Source: Octopus sinensis
Taxonomy: Eukaryota
Length of the DNA stretch: 64,000 bases
Direction of reading: 5' to 3'
NCBI RefSeq assembly: GCF_006345805.1
Contig: NC_042997.1
Location: 72,478,001-72,542,000, forward strand
Made by a program: the position numbers and the translations under genes. The notes under the pieces were generated by a model. The model saw only the letters and a list, made by a program, of their open reading frames with translations, was not told where the DNA came from and did no database searches. Of this stretch, positions 1 to 13,020 are shown in pieces. How positions within the stretch are numbered: the first letter of the stretch is position 1; each line of letters starts with the position of its first letter.

Positions 1-16
1 CACACACACACACACA

Positions 17-48
<32 letters not shown>

Positions 49-89
49 TATATTAATACATATATATATATACATATATATATGTATGA

Positions 90-2298
90 ATGAATGTTCG
101 TCCTTCGGTTCGAAGATGACCAACTGACATCATCTGATGGAACTGGCGCCATGAGACCGGAGGTGGCTGGTGAGGCCAATCCGGGCAGCGGATGTGAAGG
201 AGGTTCCGAAGACATCTGAGATGGAAGTGGTTTATCTGGCGCTCGTGCCTTCGGTAAGCAGTCCACGTCTCGCGGCCGTATAGTAGGGTGGTAAGCACGA
301 CTACCCGGTAGACTTTCAGCTTGGTGTTGATGCTGATTCCTGTCCGCTCCCAGACTTTCTTTCGCAGTCTCCCAAACGCGCTGCTTGCCTTGGAGATTCT
401 GTTGATGGTTTCAGCATCTATGTTGGCATTGCAGGAGAGAGTGTTGCCCAAGTAGGTGAAGTTTTCCACCACTCGTAGGATCCGTCCGTTCACCCTTATC
501 TGAGGCTCATGGTATTGTTTGCCGGGGGCTAGCTGAAACATCACTTCGGTTTTCTTGGCACTGATGGTGAGACCGAAGTTGTCACAGGCTGATGAGAACC
601 TGTCCATCTCGAGCTGCATCTCCTGCTCATCGATTGCATTAAGGGCGCAGTCGTCAGCAAAGAGAAAGTCTCTGACGACCGTCTCCCTCACCTTTGTGAC
701 AGCCTGCAATCTTCTGGAGTTGAAAAGTTTCCCGTCTGTCCTGTACTTGATGTCGATACCGGACTTGCAGTCCCTAAAGGCGTCGGACAGCATTGCCGAG
801 AACATGATGCTGAACAGTGTTGGGGCCAGGACACAGCCCTGCCTGACTCCGTTGGTCACCTGGAAGGCTTCAGATGAGTTGCCGTCTTCAAGGACTCTGG
901 CTGTCATTCCGTCGTGGAACTGGCGGACAATTGCAATAAATTTGCTGGGGCAACCAAATTTTCCCATGACCTTCCATAGTCCCTCCCGACTGACTGTATC
1001 AAAGGCCTTGGTGAGGTCAACAAAGGTCATGCAGAGGTCAAGGTGCTGCTCCATGCATTTCTCCTGGAGCTGGCGGGCGGCGAATATCATGTCAGTGGTC
1101 CCTCGACCCGCGCGGAAGCCACACTGGCTCTCAGGGAGAAGGCCTTGCCGGTGGACATTTTTTTGATGGCTCTGCTCACTTCCTCGACTGCAGGGGGAAC
1201 AGCCAACTCGTGGTTTGTCGGCACCTGGGGGAGTCGTGCGATGGCTTCCTCGTTGATCTGAGCTGGTCGGTTGAGCACGATGTTGAAATGCTCCGCCCAT
1301 CTCTCCAGGATCAGCCTCTTGTTAGTCAGGAGTGAGGTTCCATCCGAGCTGAGCAGGGGGGTTGATCCAAAGGAGAACTGCGGTCCATAGACAGCTTTCA
1401 GCGCCTCGTAGAATTTCTTGGTGTCGTGTTTGTCTGCGTATCCCTGAATCTCATCCGCCTTGGCGCTTAACCATGCGTCTTGCATGAGGCGGAGTTTAGC
1501 CTGGACTGTGCTGCGAATGTTGTTGAAAGCGGCCTTCTTTGCCGTGCAGGTGGTGTCATTTTGGTGAGCCCACAGCAGACGGCGTTTCTCTTCCAGGAGC
1601 TTTTGGATTTCCTGGTCGTTTTCGTCGAACCAGTCCTGGTGGTTCCTCGTAACTTGGCCCAGAGTTTCAAGGGCGATGGAATGAACCATGTCCCTGAATG
1701 ATTCCCACTGCTCATCGATGCTGGACTGGTCACTCCGAATGTCCAACAGCTTGCTGTCCATACGTGACTGGAGATCTTGTGCAGTCAGCTGGTTCTTTAA
1801 TTTCATGATGTTAAGCTTCCTCGTCACTTTCTGACCCTGAAGATGATGAGGCGATGGTCCGTCCAGCAGTCAGCTCCGCACATGGCTTTGACCAGTCTCA
1901 CGTCCCGCCTGTCTTTCGCCCTGACGATGACGTAATCTATCAGATGCCAGTGTTTGGAGCGTGGATGCATCCATGATGTCTTGTTGCGTGTTGGCAGACG
2001 GAACAAGGTGTTGGCGATGGTAAGATCATGAGAGGCACACGCACGCAGGAGGAGCTGTCCGTTGCTGTTGCACTTTCCGATTCCTTGCTTTCCCAGTACG
2101 CGATGCCAGGCTTGGTGGTCAGGTGGAGCTACTGGTAACATGTAACCCAGTACAACCTGTTACATGGTCGGGTCGTTGGCGACTAAACTGGCAACCCCAC
2201 CAAGATTTCTTGGTGAGGAGGGTGATTTGGACACCCAGCAGGACTAAAAACAAAACCTGTCAAAGGGCAGAGGAACTCTCTCATGAGTCAATGGCCAT
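90..2298 (-). mobile_element. RTE-clade LINE (APE endonuclease + RT), frameshifted and internally deleted
   Basis: ORFs 1824-2141 (HWHLIDYVIVR...DCWTDH), 1087-1827 and 53-1300 (QCGFRAGRGTTD, FVDLTKAFDTV, GVRQGCVLAP, FLFADD); short 3' UTR ending in a microsatellite. Confidence 0.9.
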
Positions 2299-2394
2299 AT
2301 ATATGTATAAGGATGAAAAGGAACACACGAGTTGATATATATGAAAAAACAAGTCAAGATAGAAAATGCTAGAATAATTTTATAAAGAACATTT

Positions 2395-2433
2395 CAGTAC
2401 CGGTTTCAGTTCTTTTGAGACCTTTTCAACTGT
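2395..2433 (-). ncRNA. Minimal type I hammerhead-like motif, U3-A8 core variant
   Basis: Reverse complement: acag UUGAAAA ggucucaaaagaacu GAAA ccgg UA cug. Confidence 0.45.
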
Positions 2434-2829
2434 AACGATTAAATAATTAAATTTAGAAAAATTAAAAGCAAAGTTTAAAAAAAAAATATCTGTATAGTGT
2501 TCAAATATAAGTGGCATTTTCCTTGTTTCTGCCTTTTTCAGTCTCTCTTTAAAACCGCGACCTGTTCACTGACAAAAATCTGTGCTGCATCTGAGAAAGT
2601 AACAGTTAGTTCGTTATATATATGTACGTATGTATGTGTGTATATATGTATGCACGCATGTATGCATGTATGTATGTATGTATGTATGTATGTATGTATG
2701 TATGTATGTATGTACGTACGCCTGTGCGTATGTATGCGCGTATGTATGTATGTATGTATGTATGTATGTATGTATATATGTATGTATGTATGTATGTGTG
2801 TATATGCACGCACACACACACACTATAAA

Positions 2830-3640
2830 CTTAAAGCTATAAACCTGTAGTGATGGATAGATGTAGACTGACCACTCATCACAACAATATCAAATTTCAA
2901 CCTCACCCGCCGAAGCTAGGAAGTGATTTACGACCCTCACCCCCACGACAAAACTCTAAAACCTATTATCAGTCACTTATCTCTATATCACAAAACTTTT
3001 GTTTTACTATTACTTATCTTTTTTTTTCTTTTCTCCCTTACATCTGGTCTTTTGAGACACCAACAAAAGGATGAGAAACGATACTTGGTATGATAACAGG
3101 AAATTTCACGGGGTAATGTTCGTTGACGCCACACCTAGGAACGAGCTAAGTAAGTCATTCAAGAAAATCCTGCGCACTACTGGCCTTAAAATCAAGGTTG
3201 TAGAAAAGACAGGTAGGACTATCAAATCTGCATTATGCAGATCATATCCATTTGATAGAATCACCTGTCAAAGTAATTGTGCAGTATGTTCGACAAACCC
3301 ACATGTGAACTGCAAAACCAAGGGCACTGTATACCAAATTGAGTGCCAAGAAGGAGCTTGCGCAACTAACCCAGAGTCATATATAGGTGAGACTTCTAGG
3401 GGTATCAATGATAGGTTCAAAGAACACCTGGACAACTACATTGAAAGGAAGCCAAACTCCATCTTCTATCAACATGCTGTAGACTGCCACAACACATCCC
3501 ACCGATGCAATGTTGAGACAGGTCACAGAAGCTGTTTGTATACAAGAATACAAACCTACTCTCAACCGAAAATCCGAATGGAGTAACATCCAGATCCCAT
3601 TCAGGAGGACCATTCTATAACCACCCCTCTCACTCATTTA
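2830..3640 (+). mobile_element. Penelope-like element 3' fragment (GIY-YIG endonuclease)
   Basis: ORF 3071-3586: CKTKGTVYQIEC...YIGETSRGINDRFKEH. Confidence 0.8.
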
Positions 3641-4148
3641 CATGCTAAAACACTTATGTGCAGTTATATATAACCGTATGAGCGTACGTTGTTTGATACG
3701 TATGTGCATGTGTGGTGCTATAAAAAAATGCACATGCATGCACATATGAGCATGTATGGATGTATGTATGTATTGTATTTGTATGCGTTTATGCATATAT
3801 AAAATAAAAAAAAAAGAGCAGATAGGTTAATATAATGCATGTTCGTTTTTTAACCGTTGCCCTTGTATACTGTGTCGTATTTTGTATGTACGTGTGTGTG
3901 TGTGCGTGTGTATGTTTATGCGTGTGTGTGCTTGTGTGTGTATGTGCATGTGTGTAATAGGACATATGTATGTAGAAGAGGATAAGCATATATGAGTATA
4001 TAATTTAAGATTATAAGTATATTTATGAGTGTGGCTATATGATTGTGTGTACTTGTGTATATGTATATGGTTATATGTGCACAGTTGCACTTAGACGTTG
4101 TATCCATTCACAGTTAGACGATGATGAGAGGAACAAACACACACCCAC

Positions 4149-4183
<35 letters not shown>

Positions 4184-5088
4184 TCTATACAAACATATAT
4201 GTGTGTATATATACAACCTTCAACAAAGTAACAGTCAAGTTCACAACTTGGACGGACACATACCAGTACATGGATATACGTTCACATGCACATACACATG
4301 TACACACACACAGACGCGTCTGCCCATTCTCCAGATACTCACATACATACGTAGCATATAAGTACAAACATACATACATGCGTATGGGCATACACACGTA
4401 CATACGCACGTACATGTACACGCACACATACATACGTGCGCATATACATACATACGCACATGCGTACGTACGTGCATACACACATACATACATACATGCA
4501 CACATACATACGTATATATATATATATATATATCTATCTATATATAAAACTGAAATGCGTTTTTACCGCTTGGATCGCTTTCAATGCCACTACATCCCGT
4601 CCGATTCGCTCCAAAATTTACAGGGACATGTAGAATGAGGTGACGATGCTCGTGGGCTACCTTAGAAATCCATATCTTAAAAGGTGTGGTTGCTAGGGGC
4701 CATCTTCCTCACTCACCCTATTTCCTCCAGTACCCTCTCACTCCTCTTCATTTCACAAGTTCACTACCGTTATTTAATGTAAAGTCTTCATCAAATCACT
4801 CTCTCGCTATTTTCTCTCTTCCAAGAACATTTTCACACACTCTATCTCTTAGCTTCCCATACATTTTACTCATGTATCTATCTGCGTTCATAGACAGAAA
4901 CAAATATTACATCGCCATCGCCATCGCATTCTATTGTCTACCTGTCAACACACATACACACACATACACACACATACACACACATATATATACATATATC
5001 TAATATTATATTTTTATTTTTGTTTTTTTACTGTTTCATTTCCCTATTAGTGGTTTTATCTCTAATTTAATTTCTACAGCGTGCACAC

Positions 5089-5130
<42 letters not shown>

Positions 5131-5757
5131 ACACACACACACACCTATATGTGGCCCCAGTAGACCCGAATGAAATCGGGTTCTCTTCATCAAAATTTGA
5201 AAAGGGGTCTAGAATTATCATCGCCACAACTTATGTATATGTCTTCCTCACTCACTCACTCTTTTTCCTAATGATAATTATCATCGCCACCACCACCAAC
5301 ACACAATCATGACAATCTTTCTCGTAGAACAAAATTGCAAAATATTTCATTGCAAAATATTACATTGCAAAATATTTCATTTTCCCGTCCTCTCTTTCAT
5401 ATATCACCTTTTCTTTCTCGAGCTCTCTCTTTTTTCGCCGTCTCTATTTATTCTACAACGAGTCTATCAATGACAGCCGCAAAAGTTTCAATATTCCTAC
5501 TTCACCTCTTTCAGAAACGCAACAGATATTATTTTTTTGCCGGGGTTAAAGCCCACTACATCCCGTCGGATTCACTGCAAAATTTACACCTTTTCTTTCT
5601 ACCTCTAACTCCCCTTTAATTTCTCTTTATCTCCATTCATAAAGATAATTATCATCGCCACCACCAACACACAATCTGGACAATCTTTCTCTTAAAACAA
5701 ATCATGTTTACATTGCAACGACGTCTGCCACCCCCGCCGTCTCTATTTATTCTGCAA

Positions 5758-5913
5758 ATGACCAGAACTCGGGAAACTTGGTTGAGTGTTCTATGGTCTA
5801 TGACCAGAACTCGGGAAACTTGCTTGACTGTTCTATGGTCTATGACCAGAACTCGGGAAACTTGGTTGAGTGTTCTATGGTCTATGACCAGAACTTGGGA
5901 AACTTGGTTGAGT
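5758..5913 (+). repeat. 42-bp minisatellite, 3.7 copies
   Basis: Unit atgaccagaactcgggaaacttggttgagtgttctatggtct starts at 5758, 5800, 5842 and 5884. Confidence 0.95.
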
Positions 5914-6597
5914 CCTCATCTTATAAAATGTGGCCCCAGTAGACCCAAATGAAATCGGGTTATATTAACCAAAATGTGAAAAGGGGTCTAAATGGGGCTG
6001 GAAGGGGATTAAAATTTAAAGGAGCGGGTGTTTAGCAATTCTCTGTTACATCAAGCTAAAAAATTTGCGCCAGCCTTTTAATCGTCAATGTGTTGCCGTC
6101 CATGATGAAGTTTTGAATGCTTGCCATCGTGAGTCTACTGTCGTGAGAAAGAATCAATTCAAAACTTGGTTTTTAGGGATTTTCTTTTACATCAAGTTCA
6201 AAATTTTACGCCAGCCGTTGAACTGTCAATACGTTGCTGTCCGTCGTTAAGAAATGCCAGCCATGGTGACTCTACTATCCTCAAATTCTATCCCTTCAAA
6301 CTTTGGTTTCCAATATTTTATTATTTTTATTCAGCTCGCAGGGTTCGTCTGTCCCTTTTAAATGTTAGTGTTTTGCTGTCTGCCTTGAAGCAGACCTTTC
6401 CGTTGTTACTGTCTGATATTTATGATTGATCTTTCAAAATATTTTATTTCTCAAGTTACTCAAGATCTTTTGTTGTTTATATGAGAGAGATAGATAAAGA
6501 TAGAGAGTAAGAGAAAGCGAGGGAGAGTCCGAGAGAAAGGAAGAGTAAGAGAGTGGGAAAGTGAGAGAGAAAGGAGAGAGAAACAAAGAGGGAGAAT

Positions 6598-6912
6598 CAT
6601 CATCATCATCATCACCATCGTTTAGCGTCCGTTTTCCGTGCTAGCACGGGTTGGACAGTTTGACAGGGGTCTGGGAAGCCAGGAGGCTGCATCAGGCTCC
6701 AGTCTGATCTGGCAGTGTTTCGACAGGTGGATGCCCTTCCTAACGCCAACCACTCTGTGAGCGTAGTGGGAGCTTTTTTCGTGCCGCCGGCACAGGTGCC
6801 AGGGGGACTGGCAGCGGCTACGATCGGTTGGTGCTTTTTACGTGCCACCAGCACAGAAGCCAGTCAAGGCGGCGCTGCAATCCGCCACGTTCGGATGGTG
6901 CTTTTTACGTGC
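6598..6912 (-). mobile_element. Short GC-rich interspersed repeat with a (GAT)n tail (SINE-like)
   Basis: GC-rich island bounded by (cat)n; resembles SINE/LINE-tail repeats; family not assigned. Confidence 0.5.
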
Positions 6913-7404
6913 TGAAAGGAAGCAACAGAAAGTAACAACCACACTCTTACCCGCGCGTAGAGCGGGTCACCTTCAGCTAGTATATATATATAACCTGAAC
7001 TAACTAGATGTAAGGGAGAAAAGAAAAGAAAAAAAAGATAAGCAATAGTAAAACAAAAGTTTTGTGATATAGAGTTTTGTCTTGGGGGTGAGGGTCATAA
7101 ATCACTTCCTAGTTTCGGTGGGGTGGGGGAGGTTTAAATTTGATATTGTTGTAATGAGTGGTCAGTCTACATCTATCCATCACTACAGGTTTATAGCTTT
7201 CAGTTTATAGTGTGTATGTGCGTGCATATACACACACATACATACATACATACATACATACATACATACATACATACATACATACATACATACATAATAC
7301 ATACATGCACGCATGCATACATGCGTGCATACATACATACACACATACATACGTACATAAATATAACGAACTAAATGTTACTTTCTCAGATGCAGCACGG
7401 ATTT

Positions 7405-7453
7405 TTGTCAGTGAACAGGTCGCGGTCTTATAGCGACGAAAATATTTTGACAA
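7405..7453 (+). ncRNA. Minimal type I hammerhead-like motif, G3-C8 core variant
   Basis: uuguca GUGAACA g gucgc(ggucuuaua)gcgac GAA aauauu U ugacaa: 6-bp stem I, 5-bp stem II, palindromic stem III. Confidence 0.6.
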
Positions 7454-7587
7454 ATGAAACAAATGTTGAAGTGAATCGAACGGCTTTTGTGTGTTTCTTA
7501 AATGGCTTGCAAACATCTTCCACGCTGCAATGGTTTTCGTTTTAGCACACGATCTCAGATCAAATCACTTGCTATGCAAGTACATCT

Positions 7588-7637
<50 letters not shown>

Positions 7638-7669
7638 TTTATTTAAAAGCAGCAGAAATATAACAACAG

Positions 7670-7860
7670 CTGTTACTCAGAGTTTCACGTTCCCGTTCGT
7701 CGGAAGTTTTGTTAACAAAACTGTCTGATACTTTATTGATAAGCAGCAAAAATATCACAAAAACTGTTACTCAGAGTTTCACGTTCCCGTTCGTCGGAAA
7801 GACAAAACTGTCCGACGAACGGGAACGTGCAACTCTGAGTAACAGTTTTTGTGATATTTT
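7670..7860. repeat. Penelope-type terminal repeats: two tandem minus copies plus one inverted copy of a hammerhead-like unit, forming a ~50-bp-arm hairpin
   Basis: Arms 7749-7798 and 7811-7860; unit aaaactgt CCGACGA acg ggaa cgt G(A/C)AA ctctgag TA acagtttt. Confidence 0.7.
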
Positions 7861-7942
7861 GGCTGATTTTCAATAAAGCATATTACTCTACCTCTGGTAT
7901 TCAAGTTTCGCATTTATGTGCTTACTCTGGTACGCACGCACG

Positions 7943-8033
<91 letters not shown>

Positions 8034-9166
8034 AAATTTTACATTATTTTCGCCGTCAACTTTTGGCATATAGCATATATAGTGTATGTATTCCAGGCAA
8101 TAATTGTTTCTGTTGGTTGCCATTTTCTTTAAAATATTATATGTCTGCATTATTTTTTAAATGTTCTTAATTATTTTTACTTAAACAGAAACGATACAGT
8201 TTTCAGACATTTCGAAAGCATCCATAGATTTCCGCAATAAATTTGCTTAGTCTTACCATTTTGTGGTACTATTACAGAAGTTAATCCATAGGCTCGACAA
8301 CGATGAGTGCAGGGGGCGCAAGTGCACCCTCTAAAACTTTGGTGGGGAAATGAAAACGCTTTGAACATCTTGGGTTGGACTTGCGTTTGCACCACGTAGG
8401 CAAATTTTGTCCCTGCACTTATGGGTTAATTGTTTATTTTTGTGGGTAAACAGTGACGGTATGTACTTTAACAACCCTGCCTGTCTAGGTACAAACTGGC
8501 ATTTCAATGCTGTGTTATTTTCTCACTCTTAGAAACAGTAACATTGTAAAACAGACAAATATTTCATTGACTTGTATTAACTTCATCTCCTTCTGTGAGT
8601 AACTATGCCCTGTCTCATCCATGGAAGATGTCTTTCATTAAATTCAGGTTTGAAAAACAGAATTTAGGACCTGGTTAAGTGGAATTCAGAGTTCTGCGAA
8701 TGAATTGACCTTACAACTGTTAGTTATTTACAATGTATGTTGAATATGTTTGGTCACGTTCTCACAAGAAGGTTAATGCATTTTCCATTTTACTTCTTTC
8801 TGTTCTTCTGAGTCTGTAAAATTATTCATGCAGTGTTCCTAGCGCTCGTTGATATATTTGGGATCATTTCCAAGGCTATACTCACGTAAATTTATTTATT
8901 TATTATGCTTTCCCTTCTTAATAAAGAATATACCTAGTGTCTCATCTAAGAAAGAATGTTTTTATTAGACTTTATTAAACTTATTACATGTAATTTTATA
9001 TTTCAGTGATCTTCATATCTGTGAGGTCAGGCTCGGCTCGTAAGTATAACTTTCTCCAGATTACTTAAGCATGAATGCATCGCTTAGTGATCGCTAACCA
9101 AACCGTATAATAAAATAAGATGGAATAGAATGAGTCGTTCGCGATTAATAGATGGTGATATTTATT

Positions 9167-9237
<71 letters not shown>

Positions 9238-9324
9238 AAAGGGTAACAATTTTGTCAATAGTATCTCTGTTAAATGAAATGACAATTGTTATTTACTTTT
9301 AATCTGCATGCTTATTACAATTAC

Positions 9325-9807
9325 TCGCTGAGACACACCCAACGCCCCAGGGCCATCAAAGTGACACTGGGGTAAAATATACGAAGCCCAGTATACCCAT
9401 CATGACTACCCGACTGATAAGGGTACACCAGGCACATGCATCACAACCATATGTGCGCGACATGGTGATCTCATATCAAGATAAACAGCACATGACCTTG
9501 CAGGTGGAGCCCAGTTAGAATTTTCTTCAGATCGAGTAACCCATCCCGCTCAAAAGGTCCCTGAATAAGGGTTGTTTAAGGACGTTGAACGAAACACCCA
9601 TGTTTCCAGAGGTAAATTATTCAAACCCCAAAGAATCCTTCTCAACACATGGCTATGATGCTTCCCCACTACTTCTGCTCGTGATCAGAGATGCACATAT
9701 CGTCAGCCACTAAGGGACATGCTCAACTGGTTAAGGTCAAACAACTGACAAGCGAATCTGTGGTATTGAGCAGAATATTTGCTGTAGCCCATCTTTTATA
9801 CCAAGAC

Positions 9808-9880
<73 letters not shown>
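9325..9880 (+). mobile_element. SINE-like retroposon with a (TTA)n tail
   Basis: Homologous second copy at 11435-11975; long TTA tail. Confidence 0.7.
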
Positions 9881-9884
<4 letters not shown>

Positions 9885-10409
9885 TAGTCTTATTTTTATC
9901 TCGTGCTTTCACTGCACTACCGAGCGCAGCTCCATGTGCCTTGGGTAAGTTCTGTGGTTTATTGTGGTGCTCTTCTTTTCACTGTATTAAAGGTGTTTTA
10001 TGTAGGATTTGTGCGGTCTATTTTCTGTATGTTATACATACTTGTATGTCCTGATGTTTTGTTATGTATTTGTCTGAATGTCTTTTTATCATACCTAATG
10101 CGCCTACAATGATAGGAATTGTTTCTGTTCTTAGGTTCTACATTCGAGTTACCTCTATTTCCAGATCTTTGTATTTTGAAAGTTACTCCGTTTCTTTTAG
10201 AGAAACGTTGTCATCTGTTGGTACTGATACATCAATGAGAAAGCAATTGTTTTCTTAGTATTCTCTGACAACTATATCTGGCCTATTGGCCTTAATTTCT
10301 CTATCTGCGTGTATTGGCATATCCCAGAGTATGGATGCTTTCTCATTTCCCGTGCCCTTTTCTGGCGTGTGCCTATATCATCTTTTTTCTATTGTCTTTC
10401 CATAGTATT

Positions 10410-10410
<1 letters not shown>
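9881..10410 (-). mobile_element. R4/Dong-like LINE 3' fragment abutting a TAA repeat
   Basis: Homologous to the 3' ends at 38464-41340 (SKYKDLEIE...TIPIIVGALG). Confidence 0.8.
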
Positions 10411-10448
<38 letters not shown>

Positions 10449-10569
10449 ATTGTTGTTGTTGATGCCTTCTGATATTGTTCCCAACAATAATTGACATTAA
10501 CTTCACCTGCTTCATTTTCTATAGCCAGGCTATTTCGTACTTAAGAGATTTATATTTATTTATATTTTC

Positions 10570-10945
10570 GCCTTCCTTCTTGACTATTCGTAGGTCAAAG
10601 GGGCATGCAACATCAACTATATAGCATATTGGTGCATCTTTTCCACTACCACTTAGTCCGGTCTGTTATGCCCTAGCGCTTGATCTGTTTGGATTGGGAA
10701 ATCCCAGAGGATTTTGATAGTCTCCGACTCCACTACTCTTTGCTGTTTGTACTCATACCACGCCTGGCCTCTCTCTATCCCCCACTTTTCTCACAGTTTC
10801 CAATGTAACACTTTCGCTACCTGATCGTGTCACCACAACATGTAGTGGTTTTAGGCAAGTCTAGGGCATTCGTTCGTGATATGGGCAATGGTTTCATCTA
10901 CTCTATTGTAGATGCAGCACAGCGGAGATACTTGCTCATTCCTAA
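10570..10945 (-). mobile_element. R4-like LINE fragment (Zn knuckle / RLE region)
   Basis: Reverse complement encodes ETIAHITNEC..HDQVAKVLHWKL..LWDFPIQTD..HNRPD, with stops and frameshifts. Confidence 0.7.
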
Positions 10946-11434
10946 GGTTGACTCTCCAGTTTAGGACGAAAGCTTGGTCTTGCACTAGCAGTATAGTGCT
11001 CTCGGTCATTCATCCACCTATTTTTTCCAGCAACTTCTGTTGTGGCTGCATGGAATTGATTGAGTAGTTCCTTCTTTCGTAATTCTTCATGTCCTTTTTG
11101 CACTGCTTCCTTTGTTTCTCTTTTTTTTTCTCTGCTTTCAATACTCCCTCGTTCATAACTGTCACTTGCAAGGTTTCCTTTATTATTGTTGTTGTTGTCG
11201 TCGTCGTCGTTGTCATCATCATGTTCATCACCATCATCATCATCATCATCATCATCATTATTCGTCATCTTTACGCTCTAAGTTCAAATTTTGTCGAGGT
11301 CGACTTGACCTTTCATCCTTTGTGGGTCAATAAAATAAATACCCGTTGAGTACTGGAGTCGATGTATTCGACTTTTCTTCTTTCCCGAAACTGCTGGCCT
11401 TGTACAAAAATTTGGAACCATTATTATTATTTTT

Positions 11435-11975
11435 ATTATTGAGTGAAAGAGCAGTGCATAGCACCAACATGACACTGGGTCAAAATACACGAAGCCCAAT
11501 ATACCCTGCATGACTAAGAGTACCCCAGGTACATCCACCACAACCATATGTGCACGACTCGTCTTTGAATGCGGCGGGAGAGCTGATTTGTAAAGGCTTG
11601 CGCCTCAAGACATTGTCGATCTTCCTGGATCAAAACGGTAAGTTGGTGGTCCTGAATATGACCACAATAAACAGCGCATAACCTTACAGGTGGGGCCCAG
11701 TTAGAATTTTCTTCAGGTTGAGTAGCCCATTCTACTCAAAAGGTTTCTGAATAAGGTTTGTTTAAGGATGATGAACAAAACACCCATGTTTCCGCGGTGA
11801 ATTATTGAAACTTTAAAGAATTCCTCTCAACACATAGCTATGATGCTCCCCCACTACTTCTGCTCGTGATCAGCCGCTAAGGAATATGCTCAACTGGTTA
11901 TGGTCAAACAACTGACAAGCAGATCCGTGGTATTGAGCAGAATATTTAATGTAACCCATCTTTTATACCAAGATA
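11435..11975 (+). mobile_element. SINE-like retroposon (second copy) carrying a 92-bp foreign insert
   Basis: Colinear with 9325-9810 except for 11566-11657. Confidence 0.7.
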
Positions 11976-12803
11976 AAACAATGTACACTTCTAATCAATT
12001 TAGATCAAAAGCCATGACAACCGTTGCCTGGTACTACGTCAGTGCATTGTTATTATTATTATTATTGTTGTTGTTGTTGTTGTTGTTGTTGAACCACCAG
12101 AGTGGTTCGGAGGACAGATTCAGAGTTTTCTGTTCTCAGAAAAATGCAGGAAAGAGGTGTTCTCCACTACAGTCGACGGCACAGCGTCAACAGAGTACAA
12201 GAGTAGTAGCATAGAAGAGAACAAAAACAACAGTAGCAACATCAACACCAAGGCTAGTAGAAACAGCAAGATCAACAATAGCCACAACGACACCCACAAC
12301 AACAGAACCAAAACCCGTCACTCAGGAAAATATCCAAGATAATTCCCTCTCTAAGGCTCTCTCTCTAGCTCCTCTTTTTAAGTATACATAATGGACACAC
12401 ATGCAAATTTACCATCCTGCATAGAAACTTTCCGACGTGAAAATATCTTGGAAGGAGGAGGACTAGCTAAGCAAAGAAAAGAAAAGGACAAAAAAAATTC
12501 TAAAATGTTACAACAGCTCTGAACGAATCACTCAGTCACAATAGTATCATCGGAACCACACACACACCAAACCGACAAGCCAGTCACCTTAGCAAAACGA
12601 AAGCACACATACAAGGACAGTATCAACAGACTGGCACTCAAACATAACATCAGTAAAACGCAACCATCACAAATTTTGTGCTGATGTCCTTCGTCGGAAA
12701 AAAAAGGGGAAAAGGAAAGCACTGAAACAAAGAGAGATCTTCAGGTACATCACTTTCAAAGAGCCAAAATATATGAAACTGATAAAGCTTGGCTTGGACA
12801 CAT

Positions 12804-13020
12804 CTCTTATATAAAATCCATTCTGTCCGTCTGTCTGTCTGTGTGTGTGTGTTCTCGGATCTTGGGCATCCTCCACCCGATTGCGTTCAAATTTGATATG
12901 TAGATACCGACGGTATCAGGGTGTGTATAAGTCTTGAAAAAATTACAAAAATCGATTCCAGGTGAGAATGCGATCGATAAAGCCGTTTTGTCCTGCTTTT
13001 CTTCTGTCAACCTGTACATA
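12804..13020 (+). mobile_element. Possible non-autonomous Helitron 5' part
   Basis: Begins a|tcttatataaaa..., followed by (tgtc)n and a ccgattgcgttcaaattt motif typical of such elements; no 3' CTRR end confirmed. Confidence 0.4.

Larger units (their letters stand above)
2554..7426. repeat. Inverted repeat pair of ~360-400 bp (2554-2957 / 7071-7426)
   Basis: accgcgacctgttcactgac...(atgt)n...ctataaacctgtagtgatgg...aaaactct is the reverse complement of 7071-7426. Confidence 0.85.

Noticed and set aside
12120-12720. Thr/Asn-rich ORFs (TTVATSTPRLVETARSTIATTTPTTT) as a host mucin-like exon
   Set aside because: No clear splice boundaries, stops follow, and it lies upstream of an L1/Tx1 remnant, so it is more likely decayed element sequence.
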